A stretch of 64,000 nt of DNA from Octopus sinensis (lineage: Eukaryota). Position numbers and translations under genes: made by a program. The stretch spans positions 14,260,001 to 14,324,000 of the forward strand of contig NC_043014.1 in assembly GCF_006345805.1 (NCBI RefSeq). The letters run 5' to 3'. Under the pieces are notes generated by a model. That model was given only the letters and a program-made list of their open reading frames with translations, was not told the origin of the DNA and ran no database searches. Below are positions 13,374-24,214 of the stretch, piece after piece (within the stretch, counting starts at the first letter, position 1; each line of letters begins with the position of its first letter).

Positions 13374-16300
13374 CGGCAGGCTTCTTTCAGTTTTCGTCTA
13401 CCAAATCCACTCACAAGGCATTGGTCGGCCCGGGGCTATAGCAGAAGATACTTGCCCAAGATGCCACGCAGTGGGACTGAACCCGGAACCATGTGGTTGG
13501 TTAGCAAGCCACTTACCACACAGCCACTCCTGCGCCTTGCAGAAAAATATTAGTTTCAAATGTTGGTACAAGGCCAGTAATTTTAGGGGAGGTAGACAGT
13601 TGATTATATCGACCCCAGTGCTCAGATGATACTTATTTTATCGATCCCGAAAGGACGAACGTTAATGCTTAAAAAAATACCCAACAAACAAACATCTCTT
13701 CCGATGTGCGAACGATTCTGCCAACTCGCCAACTTAATAATGGCTTCCAATTTTGGCACAAGGCCAGCAGTTTTACTTATTTTACCAGCCCCGAAAGGAT
13801 GAAAGGCAAAGCCATCCTCAGCGGAATTTTTACTCGGAACCGAATGAATCGGAAGAAATACAGCAAAGCATTTTGTCCGGCACGTTAACAATTGTGCCAG
13901 CAAATTTTGAGGGGAGGGAAAACTGGGGTACATCGAACCCAATGTTCAATTGGTACTTATTTCAACGATGAAAGACAAAATCGACCTCAGAACGTAACGA
14001 GTCGGAAGAAATGCCACAAAATGTTTTGTCAGATTCTTTAATGATTCTGCCAGGGCGCCATTTTGTTCTAGGGTGGGTGGGGGGAAGATTTCTAATTTCA
14101 ATGTAAAGCCGCATTTTTGATTCTTTTCCCCTCCACTTCCTTCACGGCTGAGGAAAGGATTGTTACTTATTTAATAGACCCTTGGAGAGATGCAAGATAA
14201 AACAGGCCTGGTCGGGACTCGAACTCATAGCATAGACAAAAGTAACTAAGTACTGTTAGGCATTTATTTAGCTATGGCACTCTACCGATTCAGCCATTCC
14301 CTGCACCACGTGACGCGAGAGGAAGATTTTTATATTGATACAAGGTTACAAATTTTGGAGAAAGGAGGCGATGGCGGTGGTACTTTTACTTGCTTCAATA
14401 AAAAGGCTGCGGCCATATTGGGGGCACTGCCTTGGAGGGTTTTAGTCAACAAATCGATTCCAATACTTATGTTTTTATTTTAAAAGTCTGACACCTGCTC
14501 TCCCGGTCGGGTGGTTAATGTGTCGTACTTCCGATCGTAAGGTCGTGGTTTCAATTCCCAAACCGGGCGGTGCGCTGTGTTCTTGTGGAAAACGCTTCAT
14601 TTCACGTCGATCCAGTTCATTGAGCTGTAAATGAGTGACCTAGCGACGAACTGACATTCTGTACAGTGTTAATGTTATAATCTCGGTCACTTATACGCCA
14701 TGGAAACTGGATAGCCTTAGGACACGAGACGGTAGTGTCCAGGGGTTGGTGATGATGATGATGATGATAGCGGTGGTGGTGGTGGTGATGATAGTGATTA
14801 TGTATCTGTAGTGTACCGAGTCTATTATCCACTACCGTGGTGGGGTGCCAAGAAAGATAAAAATCTCTCCAGAAAACTAACCTCCTTTGACAACAGTCTC
14901 AACATCGACGCCTTTCACTTTGGCCATGAAACCCAGAACGGTAAAAATTACAAATCCAGAGAAGAAGCTCGTGAAACAGTCAATAAGTGGCACCAGTATG
15001 GAATCCCTGCAGAGAGAAAGACCAGATTATGTCAATCTTAAAAGAAACTAATCAGTGAACATTTTTGAAATCCTTAATTTTAACAAAATTAATTTTACAA
15101 ATTTTGCCATTCAGTGACATCTCCCGTTTTTCCCGCTAGATTTATATCCAATCACCACATTTGTTGGTATACAAAACGCACCTCTCCTCCCCACAAAATA
15201 CATCGAAAAATTACCTCAGGTTCAGTTTGCGAAGCTGGGTCTCTCATAAGCTTTAATGCATTAATGCATTAAAAACTCTTTTCCCAACTATGCTCTGCTG
15301 GAATTTGGGTACATCTAATATGCCCGTGCGTTTTTCTATGCCACCAAAAATACGGCATACTCTCATGAAGGAGTAATAATGCGGTCGATCGGTCGATTAT
15401 CTATAATTAACAGTTGATTCTCCTTCAAATCACATCCCACTCATGGAAAAGGATACGTTAGCTAATTCAGCCTTAGATATTGATATCTCTGAAAATACGA
15501 AACGCTCAAAGGTGCTGGGATGGTTTTGCCCATAGATTGATCTGTTCGATCAAAATTGTCTAGGGACCAAACTAAAGCAACAAAATCAACATCAATAACA
15601 AAAATAGCCCTAGTAGCAGAAACAACAACGGTGTGTGGAGACACAGTGGCCCAGTGGTTAGAGCAGCGGACTCGCGGTCGTAAGAACGTGGTTTCGATTC
15701 CCAGACCGGACATTGTGAGTGTTTATTGAGCAAAAACACCTAAGCTCCACGTGTCTCTGGCGGAGGGTGGTGGTGAATCCCGCTGTAATCTTTCACCACA
15801 ACTTTCTCTCACTCTTTCTTCCTACTTCTGCCACAAAGCAGAGGAACCATGGTGTAACCCACTATGGTGTTGTAAGCGTTCAGACCCTAGTCTAGATTGC
15901 GAATCCTCTATACCCCAGGATGGTTCAGCTCTCCACCCGTTAAAAACGACCGTTTACGGAATGACGATAACAACGTAGCTTTCGCGCCTGTGCAACCGCC
16001 AGTCTATCTCGTGTGGTGGGTGGATCTTCAAGTTGCCACACGCATTCTTAGTAGCTTAGAGTAGGCTCGAATTAGAGATTATTCTTTGTGGCTAATGGCG
16101 TGAATCCTGATTGGAAGAAGAAGAAGAAGAAGAAGATAACAACGGTGCCATTCATTTTGAGTGAAACATTAAGAGCGACAACACGTGACAGCCCGTGGAA
16201 TACACCGTTGACTGTTATGTCGTGGCTATGAACGCAGTGCAGTACCAAAGGCGGGATACGATCCATGTCCATGGCTGTTCAGTCCTCTATGGATTCGATT

Positions 16301-17568
16301 TTCGTGACACTGACTGACGTTTGGAAACTTTACGTTTAGAAATAGTAGCTAAATCTCTCTCAAATCTTTCCCTACAGTCTAAAAAAATGACACGAAGAAA
16401 TACGTAAGAGAGACAATAGATGGTTGGTCGACCTGTTAGAAACTACAGCTAAAACCTCCTCAATTCACATCAACATTCGTAAAAAATGGGAGGCCACATG
16501 GTTCTATGAAAAACATTGTAGCTTCATAGGGTTCATGGATCGGTTATTCGGTTTCCATGATATATAAGGGAGCAAAATCACAACAGCCCCTGTGAACGCG
16601 ATGCCAATCCGTTGCAGGGTCGCTCATTTACGGCCGAGTGAACTGGAACAATGTGAAATGAAGTGTTTTGCTCAAGAACACTACGCACCACTCGGTCCGG
16701 GAATCGAAACTACAATCTTACGATCGTGAGTGCAACACATTAACAACTAGGCCACGCATCTTTCAGACGATGTTGTTACGGCTGGAGAGCCTTTGATACG
16801 AAGTCTTCTCGATCAATGTTTGTTTGTTCCTTCTCGAGCCATGCCTGGCTCATAAGGGCCGGTTTCCCAGTTTCCTTGGTGTATAGGTTGCCCACCTGGA
16901 CGGGACGCCGGTCCGTCGCAGGTGAGCTGCAAGATGCAGGAGGAAAGGGTGAGAGAAAGTTGTGGCGAAAGAGTCTGCAGAAGTTTCGCCATTACCTTCT
17001 GCTGGAGCCGCGTGGAGCTTAGGTGTTTCGCTCATAAACACACACATCACCCGGTCTGAGATTTGAACTCGCAATCCCTCGACCGCGAGTCCGCTGCTCT
17101 AACCACTAGGCCATGTGCCTCCACCGATTAAAGTTTACTTGGAGCTAAACACCACCACTACCACTACTGCTACGACTATCACCAACAGCAATAACAACGA
17201 CAACAACGATATGTAGACAAAGTAAGTCAGTGAGCTTGCAGAATCGTTAGTATGCCGGTCAAAATGCGTAGTAGTATTTCGTCCGCCTTTATTTCCCATG
17301 TTCAAATCCCGCCGAAGTCCACTTCGTTTTTCATCCCTTTAGGGGTCGATAAAATAAATACCAGTTGAACACTGGGGTCGGTCTAATCGTCTTACACCCT
17401 ACCCCAGAATTGCTGGCCTTGTGCCAAAATTTGAAACCAATATTTAGAAAAAGTATAAGCTGACCTTAAGCAATTGTTGTTGAATTTATTGTAACTTGAC
17501 ATTGTGATGAGCCCACCACAGGAGATGCTCAGAGAATAAAATACTTGTGTGGCAGCGTCACTCCACAC
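4045..17568 (-). CDS. SLC6: SLC6 (NSS) sodium-dependent amino-acid/neurotransmitter transporter, partial gene (4 exons, TM6 to early TM9); family-level call only
   Basis: Four AG/GT-bounded exons splice in frame (phases 0-2-1-0-0) to [161 protein letters not shown], with hallmark SLC6 motifs. Ortholog not assignable. Confidence 0.96.
4622..4800 (+). mobile_element. Mariner-like non-autonomous element, left end
   Basis: Starts TA-CGAGGGGACGCGGAAACGTTCCTGGCTTT, resembling a mariner TIR; matching right end not found. Confidence 0.5.
5111..5448 (+). mobile_element. SINE family C
   Basis: gaaggcgcatggctcagtgg head; close paralog at 10501-10860. Confidence 0.88.
6082..6126 (-). ncRNA. Type I hammerhead ribozyme-like motif
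   Basis: Minus strand: ggcg CUGAUGA ag GAG caaaaaa CUC GAAA uau ggu aua UA cacu; conserved core with helices I-III. Confidence 0.6.
6268..7108. mobile_element. Non-autonomous TIR DNA transposon with internal minisatellites
   Basis: About 105-bp inverted termini (6268-6370 / 7002-7108); five ~19-bp cctatccggcata units at 6670-6760 and three gcatccacctac-containing units at 6825-6990. Confidence 0.8.
8110..9090 (+). mobile_element. Probable Gypsy-like LTR retrotransposon remnant
   Basis: ...cccgctaCA|atTGGTGACCCCGA at about 8580-8600 looks like an LTR end plus primer-binding site; aataaa upstream; degenerate gag-like sequence downstream. Confidence 0.45.
9510..9622 (-). CDS. SLC6: SLC6 exon, EL4-TM8 (113 nt)
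   Basis: Acceptor tttcttttatgctatag, donor gtaaac; (G)[37 protein letters not shown]; phase 1 to 0. Confidence 0.97.
9836..10265 (+). mobile_element. Tandem SINE family D
   Basis: Head ggcgagctggcagaaacgttagcacgccgggcgaaatg...gagttcaaattccgcc, body gaggtcgactttgcctttcatcctttcggggtcgat..aagtaccag; two units here. Confidence 0.9.
10920..11390 (-). mobile_element. SINE family A
   Basis: Family A tail and head around a long (CA)n. Confidence 0.88.
12255..12430. mobile_element. Small inverted-repeat element with internal telomere-type repeats (MITE or Helentron-associated)
   Basis: tataggtaccggaagtaccgga (12269-12290) is inverted at 12403-12424; GGTTAGGGTTAGGGTTAGGG at about 12336-12355. Confidence 0.6.
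13120..13537 (-). mobile_element. SINE family A, full length
   Basis: Near-consensus head and tail. Confidence 0.92.
14882..15006 (-). CDS. SLC6: SLC6 exon, TM7-EL4 (125 nt)
   Basis: Acceptor tctctctgcag, donor gttagt; (R)[41 protein letters not shown](G); phase 2 to 1. Confidence 0.96.
15850..16135 (+). repeat. Interspersed ~270-bp repeat ending in (GAA)n (retroposon 3' end)
   Basis: Second close copy at 47720-47980, also ending gaagaagaag. Confidence 0.8.
17465..17568 (-). CDS. SLC6: SLC6 exon, TM6 (104 nt)
   Basis: Acceptor ttttattttttag, donor gtcagc; [34 protein letters not shown](R); phase 0 to 2. Confidence 0.96.
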
Positions 17569-17627
17569 CTAAAAAATAAAAAAAACAAAAAAATAAAAAT
17601 CAGATTAACAGGCACACACATTCAGTT

Positions 17628-18512
<885 letters not shown>

Positions 18513-18524
18513 GATGAGAAATTT

Positions 18525-18685
18525 TGTACATTATTTACATTATTTATATTAGTTACATTATTTACATTCGACGGATATTTGTCCTCATCTTGTTTGTTGT
18601 TAACACAACGTTGTATTAACAACAAACAAGATGAGGACAAATATCCGTCGAATGTAAATAATGTAAATAAGGTAAATAATGTACA
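18525..18685. repeat. Near-perfect fold-back palindrome centred on ACAACGTTGT
   Basis: acattcgacggatatttgtcctcatcttgtttgttgttaac...gttgtattaacaacaaacaagatgaggacaaatatccgtcgaatgt; centre 18609/18610, no spacer. Confidence 0.95.
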
Positions 18686-18803
18686 GACACAAACATGTTT
18701 TAAAGAAGGTTGTTGCGTAAGGCCGGAACAATGCGAGGAGGTACAAAGTAAACTTCAAAAGGAAAAGAAAACAGCAGTAGTTAGAAACTACCACTTTTTC
18801 CAG

Positions 18804-18843
18804 ATGTCCTGAAGAGGGGGCTTTCACCCCGAAATATAGAAAT
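18804..18843 (+). ncRNA. Type I hammerhead ribozyme-like motif (canonical core)
   Basis: auguc CUGAAGA GGGG gcuuuca CCCC GAAA uaU A gaaau; helix I 4/5 paired, palindromic AUAU helix III. Confidence 0.7.
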
Positions 18844-18979
18844 ACAATGTAAAACTGCAACTTTGTTCTATTTCTTTTCGTTTTGTAGTTTACTTTGTTT
18901 CTTTTCGCATTGTTTCCGTTTTACACAAGAAACTTCTTTGAAGCTATACCTCACGATGCTTCACCAAAACTATATATAT

Positions 18980-19181
18980 ATATAATTTATTTATATTGAG
19001 GGCATTACTGTACATAAATGCCACACGCCAGGAGGGACTCTTAAAGTCAAAACTACCAAAATAAATAAACACATAGTATCGATACTATGTGTTTATTTAT
19101 TTTGGTAGTTTTGACTTTAAGGGTTCCTCCTAGCGTGTAGAATTTATGTACAGTAATGCCCTCAGTATAAATAAATTATAT
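18980..19181. repeat. ~200-bp fold-back palindrome centred on ATCGAT
   Basis: 19041-19120 is perfectly self-complementary; outer arms have scattered mismatches. Confidence 0.95.
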
Positions 19182-19286
19182 TTAAGAGAAAATTGATGGA
19201 TATTTCTCTTATGATGTTTTTTCACGCTAACTACTTGATCTTATAAAGATTTTATCCTATTTAAATTTGTGTATATATTATATATA

Positions 19287-19330
<44 letters not shown>

Positions 19331-19568
19331 CAAAATGTTACATTTTATAAAGGGCTTAGTAAAATAAATTACTTTGCCACATACTGAACTCATTAGAAAT
19401 AGCAGCCAAAAAAAATTTTTTTAGCCATTTCTAATACTTAAAGAAAATTTCTCTCAGATAGTGTTTACTCAAAATAACCCACGAAGGTATGGGGGTAAAA
19501 ACATTAAAAAATCACAAGTGCAAATATTATTTGAGAACGTACGTTTCTAGATCAGCCAAATACAATTC

Positions 19569-19920
19569 GACAGGTAAATCAAAACCATTTAATTCCAAGA
19601 TTTGTTCATGTTTAACAACTGAATGAATTTAATAAAAGCATCTAAATATGAAACGACATGAAAATTGTTCAAACTGAAGACCTTCTTGAGCGACACATGT
19701 CACTCAACAGTAAATCAAAATTCCATAAATACTATCTCTAATTCTGTAATGACTCAAATGGAAAAGTATGTCGTTCAAGAAGGTCTTCAGTTTGAACAAT
19801 AATTATCATGTTCCATATTTAGATACTTTTATTAAATTCATTCAGTTGTTAAGCATATATAAATCTTGGAATTAAATGGCTTTGATTTACTGTCAGGTGA
19901 CTTTTGGCCAACCCTGTATA
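19569..19920. mobile_element. Tc1/mariner-type non-autonomous fragment with internal inverted repeat
   Basis: Arms 19569-19695 / 19769-19894; ends ...gacttttggccaaccctgTA, a Tc1/mariner-like TIR with TA. Confidence 0.65.
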
Positions 19921-19924
19921 TTTA

Positions 19925-20160
19925 TCTTCGCTTCTTCTTAGCTCCCCTGTGTGACCCCTCTGCCTGGCATTCGCCATGATAGATCGCTAGCCACTACACA
20001 TTCTTTATTTTCTCTCCCTGTTTCTTTTTGTGTTCCTTTCTGTGGAAGAGCGTAGGCTCGAAAAGTTAAAGCCGTTTTCACTTCCCGAGCGTTACACTAA
20101 TACATCTGTTTGTTGTCTACACCACCTGTCTTCGTCTTTTGTTTTTTTTGTGAATTCTCC
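19925..20160 (+). mobile_element. Short non-autonomous repeat carrying a hammerhead-like motif (Penelope-associated type)
   Basis: cUGUGGA a GAGC gtag GCTC GAAA at 20040-20063; flanks related to copies at 43395-43560 and 51690-51875. Confidence 0.6.
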
Positions 20161-20626
20161 ATATATATATATATATAATTTTAAAAATTTGGAGTCAACA
20201 GGAAAGAGTTGGACATTTATTTTCAACAGTTGGACATTTATTTTCAATCACCACAATTCTTTCCACCCGACGTATTCTCCACGTGTGCAGATACTTGATT
20301 ATGTAACCGTTTCTCTGCATTGTGAGATCTAGCTGTGTTTCCTCAGGCGATATGTAAGTATTGTCTCCGTAAGTTCAAATTTTCGGCTTCAAGAACAGCC
20401 TCTCTGTCTGCCATGGCCTGAACTTGGTAGCAGTCATTGAGTTTATGGACGAATCGGAAGAGCGCTGTCGTGATACTCGGTATCTTAGCCATTTTATGCA
20501 TGGCGGAGTTCCATCAAGAGCTGGATAAACCATTAAAAAAAATAGGCACTTAGAGTATCAAGGGAAGGAGACCATAGAAACGGCAAATGAAATCACTTTA
20601 AACTTGCTAAAATAATATTCGGGATG

Positions 20627-20726
20627 NNNNNNNNNNNNNNNNNNNNNNNNNNNNNNNNNNNNNNNNNNNNNNNNNNNNNNNNNNNNNNNNNNNNNNNNNN
20701 NNNNNNNNNNNNNNNNNNNNNNNNNN
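20627..20726. other. Assembly gap (100 N)
   Basis: Run of exactly 100 N. Confidence 1.
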
Positions 20727-20951
20727 GGTCATTCGAAGCTTTCTATCGTCAGTCGAATTCTGTCGAATATTACCCGGATCCTCCAAGTAGATTTTCGCTT
20801 CTTTTTTAAAAATAAAGAAACATATCGTCAGTCGACTTCCTGATCATCCCTGCAGTTTCGGCTTCCTTCAAGTCTTCCACAGGCTCCTATATCCCATTCC
20901 ACCGATGTTATTAGATTGGATTTGTTTTTGAATAGAGAACACGGTGGAGCA

Positions 20952-21061
<110 letters not shown>

Positions 21062-22131
21062 TATCTAGTTATACTGCGTCTCTTTGACTTTTTAATAGTG
21101 TGGTTTGAGGAAGGCTTGTTTGATAATTCTGGAGGGGCCAAATGATTATGTAAATTACCATCTGCAAGATGCCATCTGTCCCCAACGTTTTGACCCTATC
21201 ACCTTGATTCTTTCTGCTTGGATGTGTCAACAATATTTGTGAGATTAGCATCATTAGCATTTCAGATATGTTTGGCTAACCTAAAATATCGTTAAACAAC
21301 ATAGCGTGACTTAACATAATTCTTTAGTTGTTGTTTATTATGTTTATACCGCGTCGAGGTCACATTCGTTGCTGAGATTGTTATTAGTGTTGTGGTTGTT
21401 GTTGCTGTTGTTTTTATTGTTACTGATGTTACATCTCAGATCAGCTATAACCGATTACTTGCAAACCCCTAACCACAGTTCGCCTTTAGTAAAGAAGAGT
21501 TATTTTCAAAGTCGATGTAGTTAAGAAATTCGCATCGCAATTGTAATGTTCTGGGTTCGGTCTCAATATGCGGTACATTGGAAAGAAAAGTATCTTCATC
21601 TACGGCTTAGGTTCGGTTAACGCCTTAAGAAGAGTGAATTGATACCCTCTGTCTTATTTTTTTCTTGTTTTAGTCATTGGACTGCGGCCAAGCTGGGGCA
21701 ACACCTTGAAGGCTTTTGTAGTACTTATGCTTTTTTTAAAAAGTCTGATGTTTTTTTTAACGATTACTTTCGTTCTATTACAAAGGCATAAACAAACAAA
21801 CACCGGTTGTCAAACGGTGGGGAAGGACTAACACAGATGCAAAATAGTCGCACACACACACACACACGCACGCAAAATTCATTCACAAGGAAACAGCCGA
21901 ACCGGGCTTTTCGCGATATCCTTAAAGCCAGGAACTGTATATATATAAATTAGAGAAAAACCACTATTATGCATGTATGTATGTATGTATGGCACCAAGC
22001 AAGTATGGTTTTAGAAGCTGCATGGAAAGGTGGGTCGGTGAGAATTGGTTGTACTGTCCTTTACCCTCTTGGCTTGTATACAAACATGCATACATGCATA
22101 CATACATATAAAGATACATGCTACAAGCATA

Positions 22132-22162
<31 letters not shown>

Positions 22163-22329
22163 CACAAGTATATATAATATATTTATATATATTATATTAT
22201 TATATATATATATATATATATATACTATGTACTTTGATACTTTGTATAGGTTTCGGCCATTATTGGCCCAGCGCCATGTCTAACTTAATAGCACCACCTG
22301 GTGAGGTCTTTCAAGTCAGAATTTGGGCA

Positions 22330-22990
22330 CTATGGCCCCACTCAAGTAGAGAGTTATTGTTTACAGAGACATATCCGGTGTAGGGGGTTTTATCCGGGAT
22401 TTCTTGAAGGAATCTGTCCAAAGACTTCTTGAACCCTATAGGGTCAGTTTCTGTTTTAATGTTTTTGGTGTAATGTTAAAGTAAAAAAGAGCGGGGCCAA
22501 TTGAGGTGAAATAATTGTGCCGTATTGTTGTTATGAGATGAGAGTGCGATTTTTGTTTGGGCGGATGGCACGGGGCCCAAGCCTTGGATGTACCTTAAAG
22601 GTGATGCCAACATCATTTGGGCAATGCTGATGGAATATTTTCCACATCATGCAGATGATGTAGTCGCTCACGACGAACGTTGGAGAGAATAGAGTTTTAG
22701 CTTTCCAGTCGACCCCAATAGTCGAGGCCTGTCATGCCATCTATCTTTTTTGTGATTGCCCCCTTTGAGGTGCTTCAACTTTTATGATACCTTGTATTGT
22801 GTGGGGAGACCACAGTGGACAACAGTATTCAAGGTGGGGTCGGGCAGAAGTGGAGAAGAGAAGGATAATGGTGTGGATATCTCTCGACTGGAAAGTTCTG
22901 AGATCCAGGAACACATTCTGCGGGCCATGTCAACTTGTGTTTTATATGAGTGGCCCAGCTTATGTTTGTTGTCCACAATTACTCCCAATT
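22330..22990 (-). mobile_element. CR1-like LINE, 3' RT-tail fragment
   Basis: Minus-strand translation across frameshifts: WILRTFQSRD...RPHLEYCCPLWSPH...LKLYSLQRRRERYII.MMWKI...FLQEIPDKTP. Confidence 0.8.
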
Positions 22991-23149
22991 ACTCCCAATA
23001 TATATATATATATATTTATATATATTTATACATAATATTTGTGTATGAATAATGTATATATGTGTGTGTGTGTATATGTATGTATGTATAATGTATGTAT
23101 TATATAATATATATTTATATATATATATATTTGTGTGTGGTGTGTGTGT

Positions 23150-23530
23150 GTGTGTGTATAATCGTTTGTTTTTACTGTGTTATTCGCTTTGTTCTGTCTT
23201 TTACTGTCTTTACTTTTACTGTTGTTACGTTCTTGTTTTGTTCTTACTGTCCTGTTTCTTGTTACCAATTTTACCCATCCGCAAAAAATCCCAAATTTTA
23301 TTTAATTTGCTTTGCAGGAAGGACTGTTTCAACGAAGTCACGTGTTGTCCTTACCTTTTAAACGCAGAGTAGACGAAACAGGGACAACTGAAGAAGGGGA
23401 CTATTCCTTGTGTTGTATCTCTTGTACTCTGTTTATTTTCGTTGTTTGAAAAAAAGTTCGTTTCCATGTTTTTGTTTTCATGTTTTCGTTTCTCATTGTG
23501 TTCAACGTTTTTTTGGTGTCCCTGTACCCA
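23150..23530 (+). repeat. Unclassified ~380-bp interspersed repeat
   Basis: Opposite-orientation copy at about 50150-50520 (ggactgtttcaacgaag...ctgaagaagggga...ttttggtgtccctgtaccc). Confidence 0.8.
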
Positions 23531-24006
23531 TATATACACGTATATATACATATAGATGTAGGTATGTACATATATGTATGTATATATCCATATATTTATA
23601 TATTATTTATATTATAATATATATGTATATGTATGTGTGTGTGTCCGTATGTGTGTGTGTGTGTGCTTGGTATTTGAATTTACGATTTCCAGTACACAGA
23701 CTAAAACGAGCAGGGATGTTTTCCTCGGTCGTTAGCTTGAAATATTCCTGATATAATATCTCAGTAAAGATAAAGAATACAGACTTAAGTAGATATATAG
23801 AAGACTTTAATGTAATTAAAATCTCTCCAAACTCGCTCATTAAATTCTAAATGTATTTGTTTTGCCACAGTGGTTTATAATAATTAGGCAGACGAGACTT
23901 TTCAATGGTAATTGACTTTATTTCGGAGACCAAAAACTAGCTTTGGAAACTGAATACGAAATTTCCGGCGGACATTTTAACAACTTGGTCGTTTGCCATT
24001 TTGACA

Positions 24007-24080
<74 letters not shown>

Positions 24081-24214
24081 AGACACACAGACACACAGAC
24101 ACACAGACACACAGCACACACACAGACACACACACACACACACACACACACGCGTATGCACATATGTAATGATTTCCTATTCAATAATACTCATTTCTGC
24201 TATAGGCACAAGGT

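Noticed and set aside
23385-23420. ctgaagaagggga hammerhead left half (also about 50280-50300, minus strand)
   Set aside because: No GAAA after the putative helix II in either copy.
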